A stretch of DNA of 64,000 nucleotides from Candidatus Limnocylindrales bacterium (GCA_050010635.1 JBEKKR010000008.1:56378-120377), one strand, 5' to 3'. Shown: positions 38,072-47,880, numbered from the stretch's first letter. A program made the numbers and translations. The notes: generated by a model not told the origin, from the letters alone.

Positions 38072-38722
38072 CTACTTGATGGTCAGCGTACCCTCGGCCT
38101 CCGTCTTGCCGCCCACTGAGAGCGTGAACTTGTAGACGCCCGCCGACAGTGGGCCGATGGCCCCATCCTCGATATAGCAGTTGAACTTCTTGCCCGCAGG
38201 GATCGTGTTGGTGAAGAAGGCCTGGCCGTCCTTGGTCACCGTGAGAGTGATCTGGTCCGTCGGCTGCATGTCATCGCGGAGTCTGGCGATCATGTAGATG
38301 GGGTCAGACGCGGTGACCTCCGTGACCGGGCTGTCGAACTTGCAGGTGTTGGTCCCGACTGCGTACGAGCCTTTCGAGAACATCACCTGGCCGGAGTTGC
38401 CCGGCAGCAATACCGAGGCCACGGCGCCAATCCCGATCACCACCACAACCACGATGACGATGCCGATGAGTCGCTTGCCGATGCCGCCCTTGTTGGATGT
38501 CGGCGCGGGGGCTCCCCAGGCCGGGGCCGGGGGAGCGCCGTAGGGCGCCGGGGGAGCGCCGTAGGGGGCCGGCGGAGCGCCATACGGCGCGGGCGGTGCC
38601 CCGTAGGGGGCCGGCGGGGGAGGGGGCGGGGCGCCGTAGCCGGGCTGGTCGGGAGCCGGAGGCGGACCCCATGCCGGCGGCGTGGCTTGACCGGGGTTCT
38701 GGCCGGGGTTGTTGGGGTCCAT
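38072..38722 (-). CDS. Pro-rich N-terminus / single-TM / extracellular beta-rich domain protein (copy 2, paralog)
   Basis: Same architecture; C-terminus ...GVYKFTLSVGGKTEAEGTLTIK; start MDPNNPGQNPG. Confidence 0.55.
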   Translation of the reverse strand: MDPNNPGQNPGQATPPAWGPPPAPDQPGYGAPPPPPPAPYGAPPAPYGAPPAPYGAPPAPYGAPPAPAWGAPAPTSNKGGIGKRLIGIVIVVVVVIGIGAVASVLLPGNSGQVMFSKGSYAVGTNTCKFDSPVTEVTASDPIYMIARLRDDMQPTDQITLTVTKDGQAFFTNTIPAGKKFNCYIEDGAIGPLSAGVYKFTLSVGGKTEAEGTLTIK

Positions 38723-38988
38723 GCGAGCCTCTCTGTTGCTGAGATGTCGCGCCAAGTATTGCCGATGGCCCAGGGTGCGCGTAGCCCCGGAAGCGGCCCC
38801 GAATCGGGGCGTTCAGGTTGCCGATCCGGCTCTGCGGGCGGCCGGGGGCCGTGGACCGCGACCGGAGCCATGCCGGGCGACGGCGGCGGGCAGTAGTGCT
38901 AGCGTCAGCGAGGTCGTGCCGGCGCCCGAACACGCGAGCTTGGTCCATACGGCGGAGCTGGAACCCGCACGACGTCAGGAGCTGGCAG

Positions 38989-39942
38989 ATGCGACCCTTC
39001 TTCGGCTACCACATGCCGAACTACACGTTCCAGGACACGGCCGACACGGACCTCTTCGACCGGGTCGTGGAGCTGGCTCAGGCTGCCGAGAAGGCCGGAT
39101 TCGACATGGTCACGGTCATGGACCACTTCTACCAGATCGGCGTGGTCGGTCTGGAAGAGGAGCCGATGCTCGAGGGGTACGCGGTCCTGAGCGCGCTTGC
39201 GATGCGGACGAACCGGGTCCTCCTCGGAACGATGGTCAGCGGCGTGACCTACCGCAATCCGGCCATGCTGGCCAAGATCGTCACGACGATCGACGTGATC
39301 TCCAGGGGTCGAGCGGTGCTCGGGCTCGGCGCCGCCTGGAACGAGTCTGAGCACGCGGGCTACGGTTTCGAGTTCCCGCCGATCGGCCGTCGCGAGGATC
39401 GCCTGGAGGAGGCGCTGACCATCATCCGGGCCATGTTCGATCAAGAGCGCCCGAGCTTCGAAGGCACCTACTTCCGGATCGACCGCGCCCTCAACCGGCC
39501 CCGGCCGATCCAGCCGGGCGGACCGAAGATCCTCGTCGGTGGGGCCGGCGAGAAGCGGACGCTCAAACTCGCCGCCCGTTTCGCGGACATGACCAACTGG
39601 TTCGGGGCCCTGGAGGATGCCGCCCCCAAGCTCGCGGTGCTGGACCGTCATTGCGAGGCCGTCGGGCGCGATCCCGCGCAGATCCTGCGCACGGTCTCGG
39701 TCCCCATCGTCCTGGCCGACGGGGAGCGGGACAAGGCCGCCGTTCTGGCCGCGATCCCGGCGGTGCGCCGCGGCGCGGTCGTCGCGGCGACGGTTTCCGA
39801 AAGCGCCGAGATGCTTCATCGGTACATGGACGCCGGCTTCGGCGGGTTCATCTTCCGCAACGCCACGACCCGGACGCCGGAGGCGGTGGCGCGGGTGGGC
39901 GAGTTGATAGAGATGATGCGGTCGAAGGATGGTGCGGCATGA
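38989..39942 (+). CDS. Luciferase-like monooxygenase family, probable F420-dependent oxidoreductase
   Basis: FGYHMPNYTF ... MVTVMDHFYQIG ... LGLGAAWNESEHAGYGF; typical LLM class F420-dependent oxidoreductase layout. Confidence 0.75.
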   Translation: MRPFFGYHMPNYTFQDTADTDLFDRVVELAQAAEKAGFDMVTVMDHFYQIGVVGLEEEPMLEGYAVLSALAMRTNRVLLGTMVSGVTYRNPAMLAKIVTTIDVISRGRAVLGLGAAWNESEHAGYGFEFPPIGRREDRLEEALTIIRAMFDQERPSFEGTYFRIDRALNRPRPIQPGGPKILVGGAGEKRTLKLAARFADMTNWFGALEDAAPKLAVLDRHCEAVGRDPAQILRTVSVPIVLADGERDKAAVLAAIPAVRRGAVVAATVSESAEMLHRYMDAGFGGFIFRNATTRTPEAVARVGELIEMMRSKDGAA

Positions 39943-40337
39943 GCGCCAAGGTCGACTTTGACGAGCTCCGGAAGCGCCTCACCCCACTCCAGTTCTCCGT
40001 GACTCAGCAGGCGGCCACCGAGCGGCCCTTCACCGGAGCCTATTGGGACGCCCACGACGCAGGCGCCTACCGGTGCATCGTCTGCCGCGAGGTGCTCTTC
40101 CAGTCGGATGAGAAGTACGACTCGAACTGCGGCTGGCCGAGCTTCTACGACGTAGCCGATAAGGCGAAGGTGGTGACGCGGCCGGACAACAGCCTTGGGA
40201 TGCGCCGGACCGAAGTCCTGTGCGCCAACTGTGGCGCGCACCTGGGCCATCTCTTCGAAGACGGACCCCGGCCGACCGGCCTGCGCTACTGCATCAACTC
40301 CGCCTCGCTCGACTTCGAGAAGCAGGCAGGGAAGTAG
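39939..40337 (+). CDS. msrB: Peptide-methionine (R)-S-oxide reductase
   Basis: CIVCREVLF...CGWPSF...CANCGAHLGHLFEDGP...RYCINSASL (SelR/MsrB with Zn CxxC pairs); ATGA overlap with the upstream gene. Confidence 0.85.
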   Translation: MSAKVDFDELRKRLTPLQFSVTQQAATERPFTGAYWDAHDAGAYRCIVCREVLFQSDEKYDSNCGWPSFYDVADKAKVVTRPDNSLGMRRTEVLCANCGAHLGHLFEDGPRPTGLRYCINSASLDFEKQAGK

Positions 40338-40456
40338 CGGCCCCCGGCTTTGATCTCATCCGCCGCTCAGCCGCGCCGGCGCCTGACGGCTCCACTCCCC
40401 GGCCGGGCGTCTGCGATGATGACGGCGGGGACGGAGGAATCGGATGGAGGCACGAG

Positions 40457-41317
40457 ATGGCGGCTCGAACGGACCCGGCTGGCGGGCCTGCAGCGGATGT
40501 CGGCGTGGCGTCGCGTCCATCCGAGGGCACGGCTCCAGACGGCACGGCGCTCCACCTGCGCCACTGGCCCGCCTCGGGCCAGGCCTGGGCCACCGTCCTG
40601 ATCGTCCACGGCATCGGCGAGCACAGCGGCCGCTATGAGCGGACCGGCCGGCTCATGGCCGAGGCCGGGCTGGACGTCCATGCCTTCGACCTAAGGGGTC
40701 ACGGGCTCTCCGGCGGCCGGCGAGTCTACGTACGGCACTGGGACGACTTCCTGGACGACGTGGAGGCGCAGCTCGCGACCCTGCGCAGGCCCGGCCTGCG
40801 GCTGGTCCTCTTCGGCCATTCGATGGGTGCCCTCATCGCCCTGAACTACGCCTGCTCTGACCGTCCCAAGCCCGATCTCCTCGTTCTCAGCGCGCCTCCC
40901 CTCCAGGCTGCGGTCCCACGCTGGCAGCGAGTTCTCGCCCCGATCCTCAGCCGCGTGGCCCCGACTACTGTCGTGGCCAACCCGATCAGCGGCGATCAGC
41001 TGGCGAGCGATTCGGCCGTCGGTGTCGCGTACTTCGCGGATCCTCTCGTGCAACCGCGTTCCACCATGCGCCTCGGCGCCGAGTTCTTCTCGGCGATGAA
41101 GCGGGGCCGCGGCGGTCTCGGCCGGCTCCGGGTCCCGACGCTCGTCATCCACGGCGGCGCCGACACGCTCGTGCCCACGGCCGGGAGCGAGCCGCTGGCC
41201 GCCGTCCCCGGCGTCGAGCGGCGAGTCCTGCCGAACCTGCGCCACGAGACGCTGAACGAGCCGCAAGGACCGGAGGTCGTGGCCGGAATCGTGGAGTGGC
41301 TGCGGGCCCACGTCTAG
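40457..41317 (+). CDS. Alpha/beta hydrolase (lysophospholipase/monoacylglycerol lipase-like)
   Basis: HGIGEHSGRY ... GHSMGALIA nucleophile elbow ... HGGADTLVP; RBS GGAGGAA. Confidence 0.75.
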   Translation: MAARTDPAGGPAADVGVASRPSEGTAPDGTALHLRHWPASGQAWATVLIVHGIGEHSGRYERTGRLMAEAGLDVHAFDLRGHGLSGGRRVYVRHWDDFLDDVEAQLATLRRPGLRLVLFGHSMGALIALNYACSDRPKPDLLVLSAPPLQAAVPRWQRVLAPILSRVAPTTVVANPISGDQLASDSAVGVAYFADPLVQPRSTMRLGAEFFSAMKRGRGGLGRLRVPTLVIHGGADTLVPTAGSEPLAAVPGVERRVLPNLRHETLNEPQGPEVVAGIVEWLRAHV

Positions 41318-41407
41318 CGGAGGGCGACGGACCTCACGGTAAATGGGGCATCCGCACGATGTCGCGGCGCCATCGCCGCCGACGCTGGCGTCTGGCAACA
41401 TTAGGCC

Positions 41408-42640
41408 ATGAGCATCGAGATTCGAGTCTGTCCGCCGGAACGGTTCGTCGAGTTGTTGAAGCTCGCCGAGATCGGCTTCAGCGAGGATGCGCCGGACGAT
41501 CTGATCGGCCGCGTCGAGCGCGTGGCCGACAAAGAGCGCTGGTTCGCGCCGTTCGACGACGACCGAATGGTCGGGACCAGCGGCGTCTTCTCGATGCGCC
41601 TGAAGGTTCCCGGCGGCGAGCTTCCGACGGGCGGCATCACCTGGGTGACGGTCCTTCCTTCGCACCGCCGCCGCGGCCTCATGTCCGGGATGATGCGGCT
41701 GATGATCGACGACTGCCACGGGCGAGGCGAGCCGCTCGCGGCTCTGTGGGCGGCCGAAGGCGCCATCTACCAGCGGTTTGGATTCGGCCTTGCGACCACG
41801 AGCCTGAACCTCGAGGCGGAGACGTCGGCGGTCGGGTTCGCGCGCGACTGGCCGCGGGAGGGAAGCTTCCGGATCCTGCCGGCGGGGGAGGGTCTCGACC
41901 TCGTGGCTCCCGTCTACGAGGCGACCCGGGCCGGACGCGCCGGTTTCCTGGCCCGAACGCCGGATTGGTGGGCCGGCATCCTGCCGCTCGTCGAGAAGGA
42001 CGCGAAGGGCGGCGGGGCGCGCCGGCTGGTCGTCTACGAGACGGCCGACGGACCGGAGGCCTACGCTGTCTACAAGACGAAGGCCGAGTGGAACGTGCGG
42101 GGTCCGGCTTCAACTCTGATCGTCGAAGAGGCGATCGCATCGACGCCCCGGGGGACACGCGAGATCTGGCGCTTCCTGTTCGAAGTCGACCTGGTCAGGA
42201 CGCTCAAGACGTGGCGCCTGCCGGCCGATCACCCGCTCTTCCTGCTCTCCGCGGAGCCACGCCGCCTGGGCACGACCGTGGGCGACGGGCTGTGGCTGCG
42301 CATCGTGGACGTCGCTCTCGCTCTCGAGGGCCGGACGTACGGCATCGACGGCCACGGCAGCGGCAGCCTGACCCTGGACCTGCGCGACGAGTACTGCCCC
42401 TGGAACGCGGGTCGATGGCGGCTGGACGTCTCGGACGGGCATGCCGCGGTGGCCGGGACGGACGGCGAGGCGGATCTAGCCCTCGACGCGAACGACCTTG
42501 GGTCGCTCTTCCTCGGCGGCTTCACCGCAACGGCGCTGGCCGGCGCGGGTAGGGTCGTGGAGTTGCGCCCGGGAAGCCTGACCGTGGCGGATGCCCTGTT
42601 CCCCACGGCGTCGATGCCCTGGTGCCCCCAGGAGTTCTAG
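41408..42640 (+). CDS. Eis-like GNAT acetyltransferase with C-terminal sterol-carrier-like domain
   Basis: GNAT motif TVLPSHRRRGLMSGMMRLMIDD followed by two further domains in the Eis-family arrangement. Confidence 0.65.
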   Translation: MSIEIRVCPPERFVELLKLAEIGFSEDAPDDLIGRVERVADKERWFAPFDDDRMVGTSGVFSMRLKVPGGELPTGGITWVTVLPSHRRRGLMSGMMRLMIDDCHGRGEPLAALWAAEGAIYQRFGFGLATTSLNLEAETSAVGFARDWPREGSFRILPAGEGLDLVAPVYEATRAGRAGFLARTPDWWAGILPLVEKDAKGGGARRLVVYETADGPEAYAVYKTKAEWNVRGPASTLIVEEAIASTPRGTREIWRFLFEVDLVRTLKTWRLPADHPLFLLSAEPRRLGTTVGDGLWLRIVDVALALEGRTYGIDGHGSGSLTLDLRDEYCPWNAGRWRLDVSDGHAAVAGTDGEADLALDANDLGSLFLGGFTATALAGAGRVVELRPGSLTVADALFPTASMPWCPQEF

Positions 42641-43094
42641 GAAGGGACCGTCCGTCCGCTTCCGACGAGGGACCGTTCGGTTGGTCCGACGAGCCCAGGC
42701 CTAGGCCGCACCGAGTACCGGAGCGAGCGCACTGAAGGTGCGTGAGCGAGGAACGCAGGCGCCAACACCGGCATGGGCCGTCTGACCAGGCGAACCTATC
42801 GCTCGAAGCGGACCTGTTGGTGGTTGCCCGCCGGCGCGCACACGTCGCACAGCGTCAGCCCGTCTTCGATCAACGCAGCCCGGCGGCATCCGTGGCCGGC
42901 ATGAACTGCGACAGGGTGCTTGCACACGGAACACTGGAGCGGTTTCGCGTCCATGCGATCGCCTCTAGTGACCATGCTGTCACCCACGTCTCCATTGTAG
43001 GCGGCGCCAGTACGGATTTCTCGGTCGTCACGCCGGAAGACCGCCAGATGCCGCCCGCGGAGCCCGGCGAGGCGCCGGCGTTTCGAAGGCCGGA

Positions 43095-43730
43095 TCAGTC
43101 GAACCAGAGCGGCGGGTACGGCAGCGGAAGGAGAAGGACGTACGCCGAGACGCGTGTCCCGTATCGGAGGACCGACCCGTAGAAGGAGACTGCCCATTCC
43201 GGGTAGCGGCCGGAGGCGAGGATCGGGATCCACAGGACAAGCAGGCTGAGGACTACGAGGATCGCCGCGAAGCTCAGCACGATCAGCTGCGGCAGCACGC
43301 ACAGGATCCGGACGATGAAACCGACGAACGGGATGCCCCAGAGCCGGTTGATCTCCAGGTTCTCCAGGTCGATGTCTACGTCGGTGGGTGAGGGAAAGCC
43401 GGGCTCCAGCGGCGGATACCCGCCCGGCATCAGGAACACGGCGTAGGCGGCCACGCGGGTGCCTCGATGGATGTACTCGGTCAGCGGCTTGACCATGATC
43501 GCGGGGACTCGGCCGTTGAGAAGGATCGGGATCCAACCCACGAGGAACCAGATCCAGGTGACGAAACCGAGGACCTGCAGGACGACGATGTGCGGGATCG
43601 CCATGAACCAGCGGACGAGGTGCCCGAAGACCGGGATCCCCCACAGCCGGTTCAGCTCGCGCTCATCGGTGATGATGACCTGGACGGGGTAGCCGTCCCT
43701 GGATGCCTCCGGAGCCTGGACAGTGGCCAT
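43095..43730 (-). CDS. DUF4389-like membrane protein (internal duplication)
   Basis: Two repeats of NRLWGIP(V/F)(F/V)G..VR...... followed by hydrophobic segments. Confidence 0.55.
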   Translation of the reverse strand: MATVQAPEASRDGYPVQVIITDERELNRLWGIPVFGHLVRWFMAIPHIVVLQVLGFVTWIWFLVGWIPILLNGRVPAIMVKPLTEYIHRGTRVAAYAVFLMPGGYPPLEPGFPSPTDVDIDLENLEINRLWGIPFVGFIVRILCVLPQLIVLSFAAILVVLSLLVLWIPILASGRYPEWAVSFYGSVLRYGTRVSAYVLLLPLPYPPLWFD

Positions 43731-43937
43731 GTCGATACCCTCGTTGGTTCGGTGTGGCGATAGCGGGCCGAGGATAGCCCGCGCGGCCGGGGATTCGCGT
43801 CCGTCTTGAGGCGGATAGGGCAACGGCGGACGGCGGACCCGGCCGGACTTCAGTGCCATGGACGGCTGGGGAACGCCGGTGAGTCCAGTGGAGCCGGACT
43901 CGTCGAGTCGGCCCGATCGGCCGCCCTACAACCGCGC

Positions 43938-44282
43938 TCAGCCCTCGGCGGCTACGGCGTCGACCGCGGGACGCTCGGCCGCGACGCGCTCCAGGTCTAC
44001 GGATCGGACGCGCCGGGTCTTGCCGGCCTCGGTCCGGACCATTGCGGCCGGGATGATGCCGGTCAGGATGGACTCGACGACGGCGAACTCGCCGGCATAG
44101 AGACCGCCACCGCCGATCTTGACGCGATGGCCGACCTTGAGATCGTCGCGAACGTCGAGGGCCGCCAGGTTGATCGTAGCGACAGTGGATCGGACGTAGT
44201 TCGGGTCGCTTGGCAGGCCGCCGCCGCGGGGCTGCTTTGTGGCCGTCCTGGCGACGGGGTAGGTCACCTTGCGTTTTCGCAT
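43938..44282 (-). CDS. Hypothetical small protein (114 aa) immediately downstream of the helicase
   Basis: Coding-like GC3; VGHRVKIGGGGLYAGEFAVVESI; start 4 nt after the helicase stop. Confidence 0.45.
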   Translation of the reverse strand: MRKRKVTYPVARTATKQPRGGGLPSDPNYVRSTVATINLAALDVRDDLKVGHRVKIGGGGLYAGEFAVVESILTGIIPAAMVRTEAGKTRRVRSVDLERVAAERPAVDAVAAEG

Positions 44283-44285
44283 CGC

Positions 44286-45578
44286 TCAGCGGCTCCCGGC
44301 TGCGACTGACAGTGGGGCTCGGCCATAGTCTGGCGAAGTTCCGGAATTCCCGCCGGAGCGGTATCTGGACCCCTGGCTGCGGTAGCCGCCGCGTCCGCCG
44401 CGCGACCGATCGGAGGGCGCCGGGGCGCGATCCGGGTCGGGCAGGTATTCCTCGACCACTTCGCACGGGATCGACTTGCGCAGCAGGCGCTGGACGCCCC
44501 GCAGCTCCTCGACCTCGTCGGGCGAGACGAGCGAGATGGCCGTCCCGCTGGCTCCGGCTCGGCCGGTTCGGCCGATGCGATGGATGTAGTCCTGCGGTTC
44601 GTACGGCAGCTCGTAGTTCACGACGTACGGGAGGTTCTCAATGTCCAGGCCTCGAGAAGCCACGTCCGTGGCCACGAGCACCTTGACGAAACGGCCGCGG
44701 AAGGCCTCCAGGGCGCGGGTCCGCTCCGGCTGGCTGCGGTCGCCGTGGATGGCCGACGTGCTGACGCCGCGCCGGTCCAGGTACGAAGCGAGCCGGCTCG
44801 CGCCGAGCTTGCTGCGGGTGAAGACCAGGACCTGCTCCATCGAGTCACGCTGGATCAGATGAATGAGCAGGTCTGCCTTGCGGCTCTGGTCGACCGGATA
44901 GAGGACCTGGGTCAGGTTGTCGGCGATGCTGTTCCGGGCCGCCACTTCGACGATCTCGGGATCGTGCTGGAACTCCTTCGCCATCCGACGGACGTCGTCC
45001 GAGAAGGTGGCGGAGAACAGCAGGGTCTGGCGCTGAGAGGGGAGCAGGGCCGCGATCTTGCGGACGTCCGGGATGAAGCCCATGTCCAGCATCCGGTCGG
45101 CCTCGTCCAGGACGAGGACTTCGACCTGGGTGAGGTTCACCGTGCGCTGCCCGATGTGATCGAGCAGGCGTCCCGGAGTGGCGACCAGGATCTCCACGCC
45201 CTTCCAGAGCAGCTTGATCTCGGGGTCGATCCGGGTTCCGCCGTAGACGACCGCGGAGCGCAGAGCGCTGCTTCGGCCGTATGTCTTGACGGCGTCGGCA
45301 ATCTGGACCGCCAGCTCGCGCGTCGGCGTGAGGATGAGAACGCGGACGGGGTGCCGGGCCGGCGAGAAGCCGGCGTTGGCATGGCCCTTGAGGCGCTCCA
45401 GGATAGGCAGGACGAATGCGGCGGTCTTGCCGGTGCCGGTCTGGGCGGCGGCGAGAACATCGCGGCCGTCGAGGATGAACGGGATGGCCGCGCTCTGGAC
45501 CGGCGTCGGCTCCGTGTAGCCCTCCCTCGCGACTGTGGCGAGGAGGTCGGCCGAGAGGCCGAGGTTTTCAAAAGACAA
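44286..45578 (-). CDS. DEAD-box ATP-dependent RNA helicase (RhlE-like)
   Basis: Q-motif PTPVQ, AQTGTGKT, DEAD, SAT, HRIGRTGRAG; Arg/Gly-rich C-terminal tail. Confidence 0.9.
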   Translation of the reverse strand: MSFENLGLSADLLATVAREGYTEPTPVQSAAIPFILDGRDVLAAAQTGTGKTAAFVLPILERLKGHANAGFSPARHPVRVLILTPTRELAVQIADAVKTYGRSSALRSAVVYGGTRIDPEIKLLWKGVEILVATPGRLLDHIGQRTVNLTQVEVLVLDEADRMLDMGFIPDVRKIAALLPSQRQTLLFSATFSDDVRRMAKEFQHDPEIVEVAARNSIADNLTQVLYPVDQSRKADLLIHLIQRDSMEQVLVFTRSKLGASRLASYLDRRGVSTSAIHGDRSQPERTRALEAFRGRFVKVLVATDVASRGLDIENLPYVVNYELPYEPQDYIHRIGRTGRAGASGTAISLVSPDEVEELRGVQRLLRKSIPCEVVEEYLPDPDRAPAPSDRSRGGRGGYRSQGSRYRSGGNSGTSPDYGRAPLSVAAGSR

Positions 45579-45767
45579 ACGATTGCTCCTGTGTGCGTCG
45601 ATACGACGCAGGGTCCGATCGGACCGGGCGGAACGGATTGGGTCCCGCGCTTATGGCGCAATCGGGATGGGGCCGGCACCCACGTAGCGTGCCGACGGCA
45701 GACGCTGCTGCAGCGTGTCCGAAACAGCGATTGACAGACTTATGGTAACACCGCGCCCGTGCGCGGT

Positions 45768-46946
45768 TCAGGCTCCGACCGCCGCAAGGTTTCGAAACTG
45801 CGGACGAGGCGCCGCAGCGGCGGTTTCGATGACCCCATCGAAGATGTGCCGGTACTGGCTCCCGACCTCCCACCAGACCATGCCGCGGCTGCGTTCGTAG
45901 GCTCGCATGCCCAGAGCCCCCCGAAGCTCGGGATCGCTCAGCAGCTCGATGAACTCGCGCGCGAGCGCCTCCGAGGAGCCGGCCGGGACGAGCCGGCCGC
46001 AATCCGGCGAGAGCATCTCGATCGCGTATGCATACGGGGTGGAGACGATCGGCTTGCCCGCCGCCATCGCGAACGACAGCGTGGACGAGACGGTCTGGTC
46101 GAGGCTCGAATAGGGAGTCGTGATCACGTCGGCCGCCTCGAGCCAGTTGCCCAGCTCGACCCGCCCGACGAACCGATCGACGAACCTGACGTACTGGCCC
46201 ATGCCGCGCGCGGCGACCTGGGCCTCGAGGCCGGCCCGGTACTCGTTGCCGTCGAGGGCGAGGCGGTTCGGATCGGTCGCGCCGAGGATCACGTAAGTGG
46301 CATTCGGTATGGCCGCGACCACCGCCGGCATGGCGTCGATGACTGCCTCGCAACCCTTGCCGGGCTCCAGCAGTCCGAAGCTCAGGATCACGCTCCGGCC
46401 CTGAAGGCCGAGACGGGGCTTGATGGTGTCGGCGGCGACCTGCGGCAGATGAGGCACGCCGTGCGGGACGATCTGCAGCCGATCGGCTGCGACGCCGTAC
46501 GAGCGGGTCATCTCGGCGGCCGCGGATTGGGACATGACGATCGTCGCGGCGGAGCGGTCGACGAGCTCGGTCAGGATCGCCCAAAGGGCGGGAGTCGGTC
46601 GGGCCGGGACGTCGTGGAAGGTCGTCACCATGGGGACGCGGAGGGCTCGGGCGAAGTCGAGGACATACGAGCCGTCCTCGCCGCCCCAGATGCCCTGGCC
46701 GTACTGGACGCACACGACTTCCACGCCACAGTCGTTGAGGGCACGGGCGACGTACCCGTAATCGGCCTGGGTGTCGCGGCGGATCCGATGGCGGACCTCG
46801 GCCGGGTAGGGACCGGCTTCACCGGTCGGATGCAGGGCCACGATCTCACGCTCGCCGACCGTGGTGGCCAGATCGTACGTGAAGGTGGCGATGCCACACT
46901 GTCGGGGGGAGTAAGTCGAGACGAACGCAGTTCGCGAGATCAGTTA
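45768..46946 (-). CDS. GT4-family glycosyltransferase
   Basis: C-terminal GT4 fold (VLGATDPNRL ... LEAADVITTPYSSLDQTVSSTLSFAMAAGKPIVST). The conserved N-terminus ...TAFVSTYSPRQCGIATFTYDLATTV lies in-frame upstream of the first ATG/GTG/TTG, directly after an AGGAG RBS with only CTG/ATC as possible initiators. Confidence 0.7.
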
Positions 46947-47024
46947 GCTCCTATCGGGTTGGCCGACCGTGTCTGCGGCCCTGGGCATCGTGCCCGCGAA
47001 CAAGCTCATCGCCCTGTGGGACGG

Positions 47025-47042
47025 GACGCGACACGTCGCGTC
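47025..47042 (-). terminator. Perfect hairpin GACGCGAC-AC-GTCGCGTC downstream of the cold-shock gene
   Basis: Seen in sequence about 60 nt after the csp stop; no U-tract. Confidence 0.3.
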
Positions 47043-47099
47043 TGGAGGAGTTCCGCGGCCCGATGCGATGAACGCTCGGGCCGCGAATGTCCTGCTGGA

Positions 47100-47303
47100 C
47101 TAGGCCGCGCTCACCTGAACGGCGCGCGGGCCCTTGGGGCTCGTCTCGATTTCAAACGAGACGCGCTCGCCGCCGGCGAGGCGATCGAAGTCGAGGGGAG
47201 CGACGAGACCGCCACGATGGAAGAAGTATTCCTTGCCATCTTCAGCGGCGATGAAGCCGAAACCGCGTTCGGACACGACCTTCTTAACGGTACCGGTGGT
47301 CAT
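47100..47303 (-). CDS. Cold-shock protein (CspA family)
   Basis: MTTGTVKKVVSERGFGFIAAEDGKEYFFH RNP motifs; 67 aa; about 200-nt 5' leader. Confidence 0.85.
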   Translation of the reverse strand: MTTGTVKKVVSERGFGFIAAEDGKEYFFHRGGLVAPLDFDRLAGGERVSFEIETSPKGPRAVQVSAA

Positions 47304-47595
47304 GAGCGACCCCTGTATTCTCTTCCCGAACAGATGGCAGACGCACGGTCCGTTCGAGAAGGGGTGACCACGCGGAGCGTCGCTGCAAGTTGCAGCAACG
47401 CATCTACGATACTCGCTTTCCGGGGATAGCACAACGACGGGCCGTGAGGCGGGCCATTCTGGGGCACGCCGCACGCGGCTCTCGCGGGCGCGTTGGCTTG
47501 ACCGATTGCCGCCGCAGGCGCACCGTGGGTGCCAGCCAATCACGCCGGGTCACGACTACGTCGCCCGCAGCGCGCGGCAGACTGGATCCCCGCTC

Positions 47596-47880
47596 GTGTC
47601 CCGCAGAAGCTTCCGCACCGCCGATGCGCTCATCGTGGTGAGCACCGACGGCTACTTCGACGTCTTCCCGCCGATCGATCGGTCCCCGAACGACAAGCCC
47701 AACTATCGCGGCGTCCTGGCCGAGCTCGGCCCGACCGTTCGCGGCTCGGACGACAGGCTCGCCGTTCGTCCGGAATCGGTCGCGCTCGACGCGGCGGTCT
47801 CGACATGGTCCCGCAACCACGGCGCGGCCGCCGTGCGCGGCGACCTCGGCGGCGGCCGCGACGGCAAAGTGGTGGTCTAG
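47596..47880 (+). CDS. Hypothetical small protein (about 94-124 aa), divergent from csp
   Basis: Very high GC3; ...ALIVVSTDGYFDVFPPIDRSPNDKPNYRGVLAELGP...; start ambiguous (TTG 47506 or GTG 47596), no strong RBS. Confidence 0.35.
   Translation: MSRRSFRTADALIVVSTDGYFDVFPPIDRSPNDKPNYRGVLAELGPTVRGSDDRLAVRPESVALDAAVSTWSRNHGAAAVRGDLGGGRDGKVVV

Larger units (their letters stand above)
37115..38900. repeat. About 880-bp tandem duplication (two copies) carrying paralogous Pro-rich membrane protein genes plus flanks
   Basis: Near-identical nucleotide blocks: 5' ends of the two genes (ATGGACCCCAACAACCCCGGCCAG...), upstream leader (GAGATGTCGCGCCCAGTATTGCCGATGGC...GAAGCGGCCCCGAATCGGGG) and 3' flank (GCGCTCGTGGCCGGC...TACTTGATGGTCAGCG) each occur twice. 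Confidence 0.75.

Noticed and set aside
42796-43644. 282-aa minus-strand ORF
   Set aside because: Mostly antisense or out of frame to the DUF4389 gene (43095-43730), which shows an internal repeat structure and a TM pattern; only its last about 59 codons lie in intergenic space (noted separately as a doubtful mini-ORF).
45568-46713. 381-aa minus-strand ORF overlapping the GT4 gene
   Set aside because: Out of frame with the GT4 gene, which has conserved family motifs; R/P/G-rich translation.
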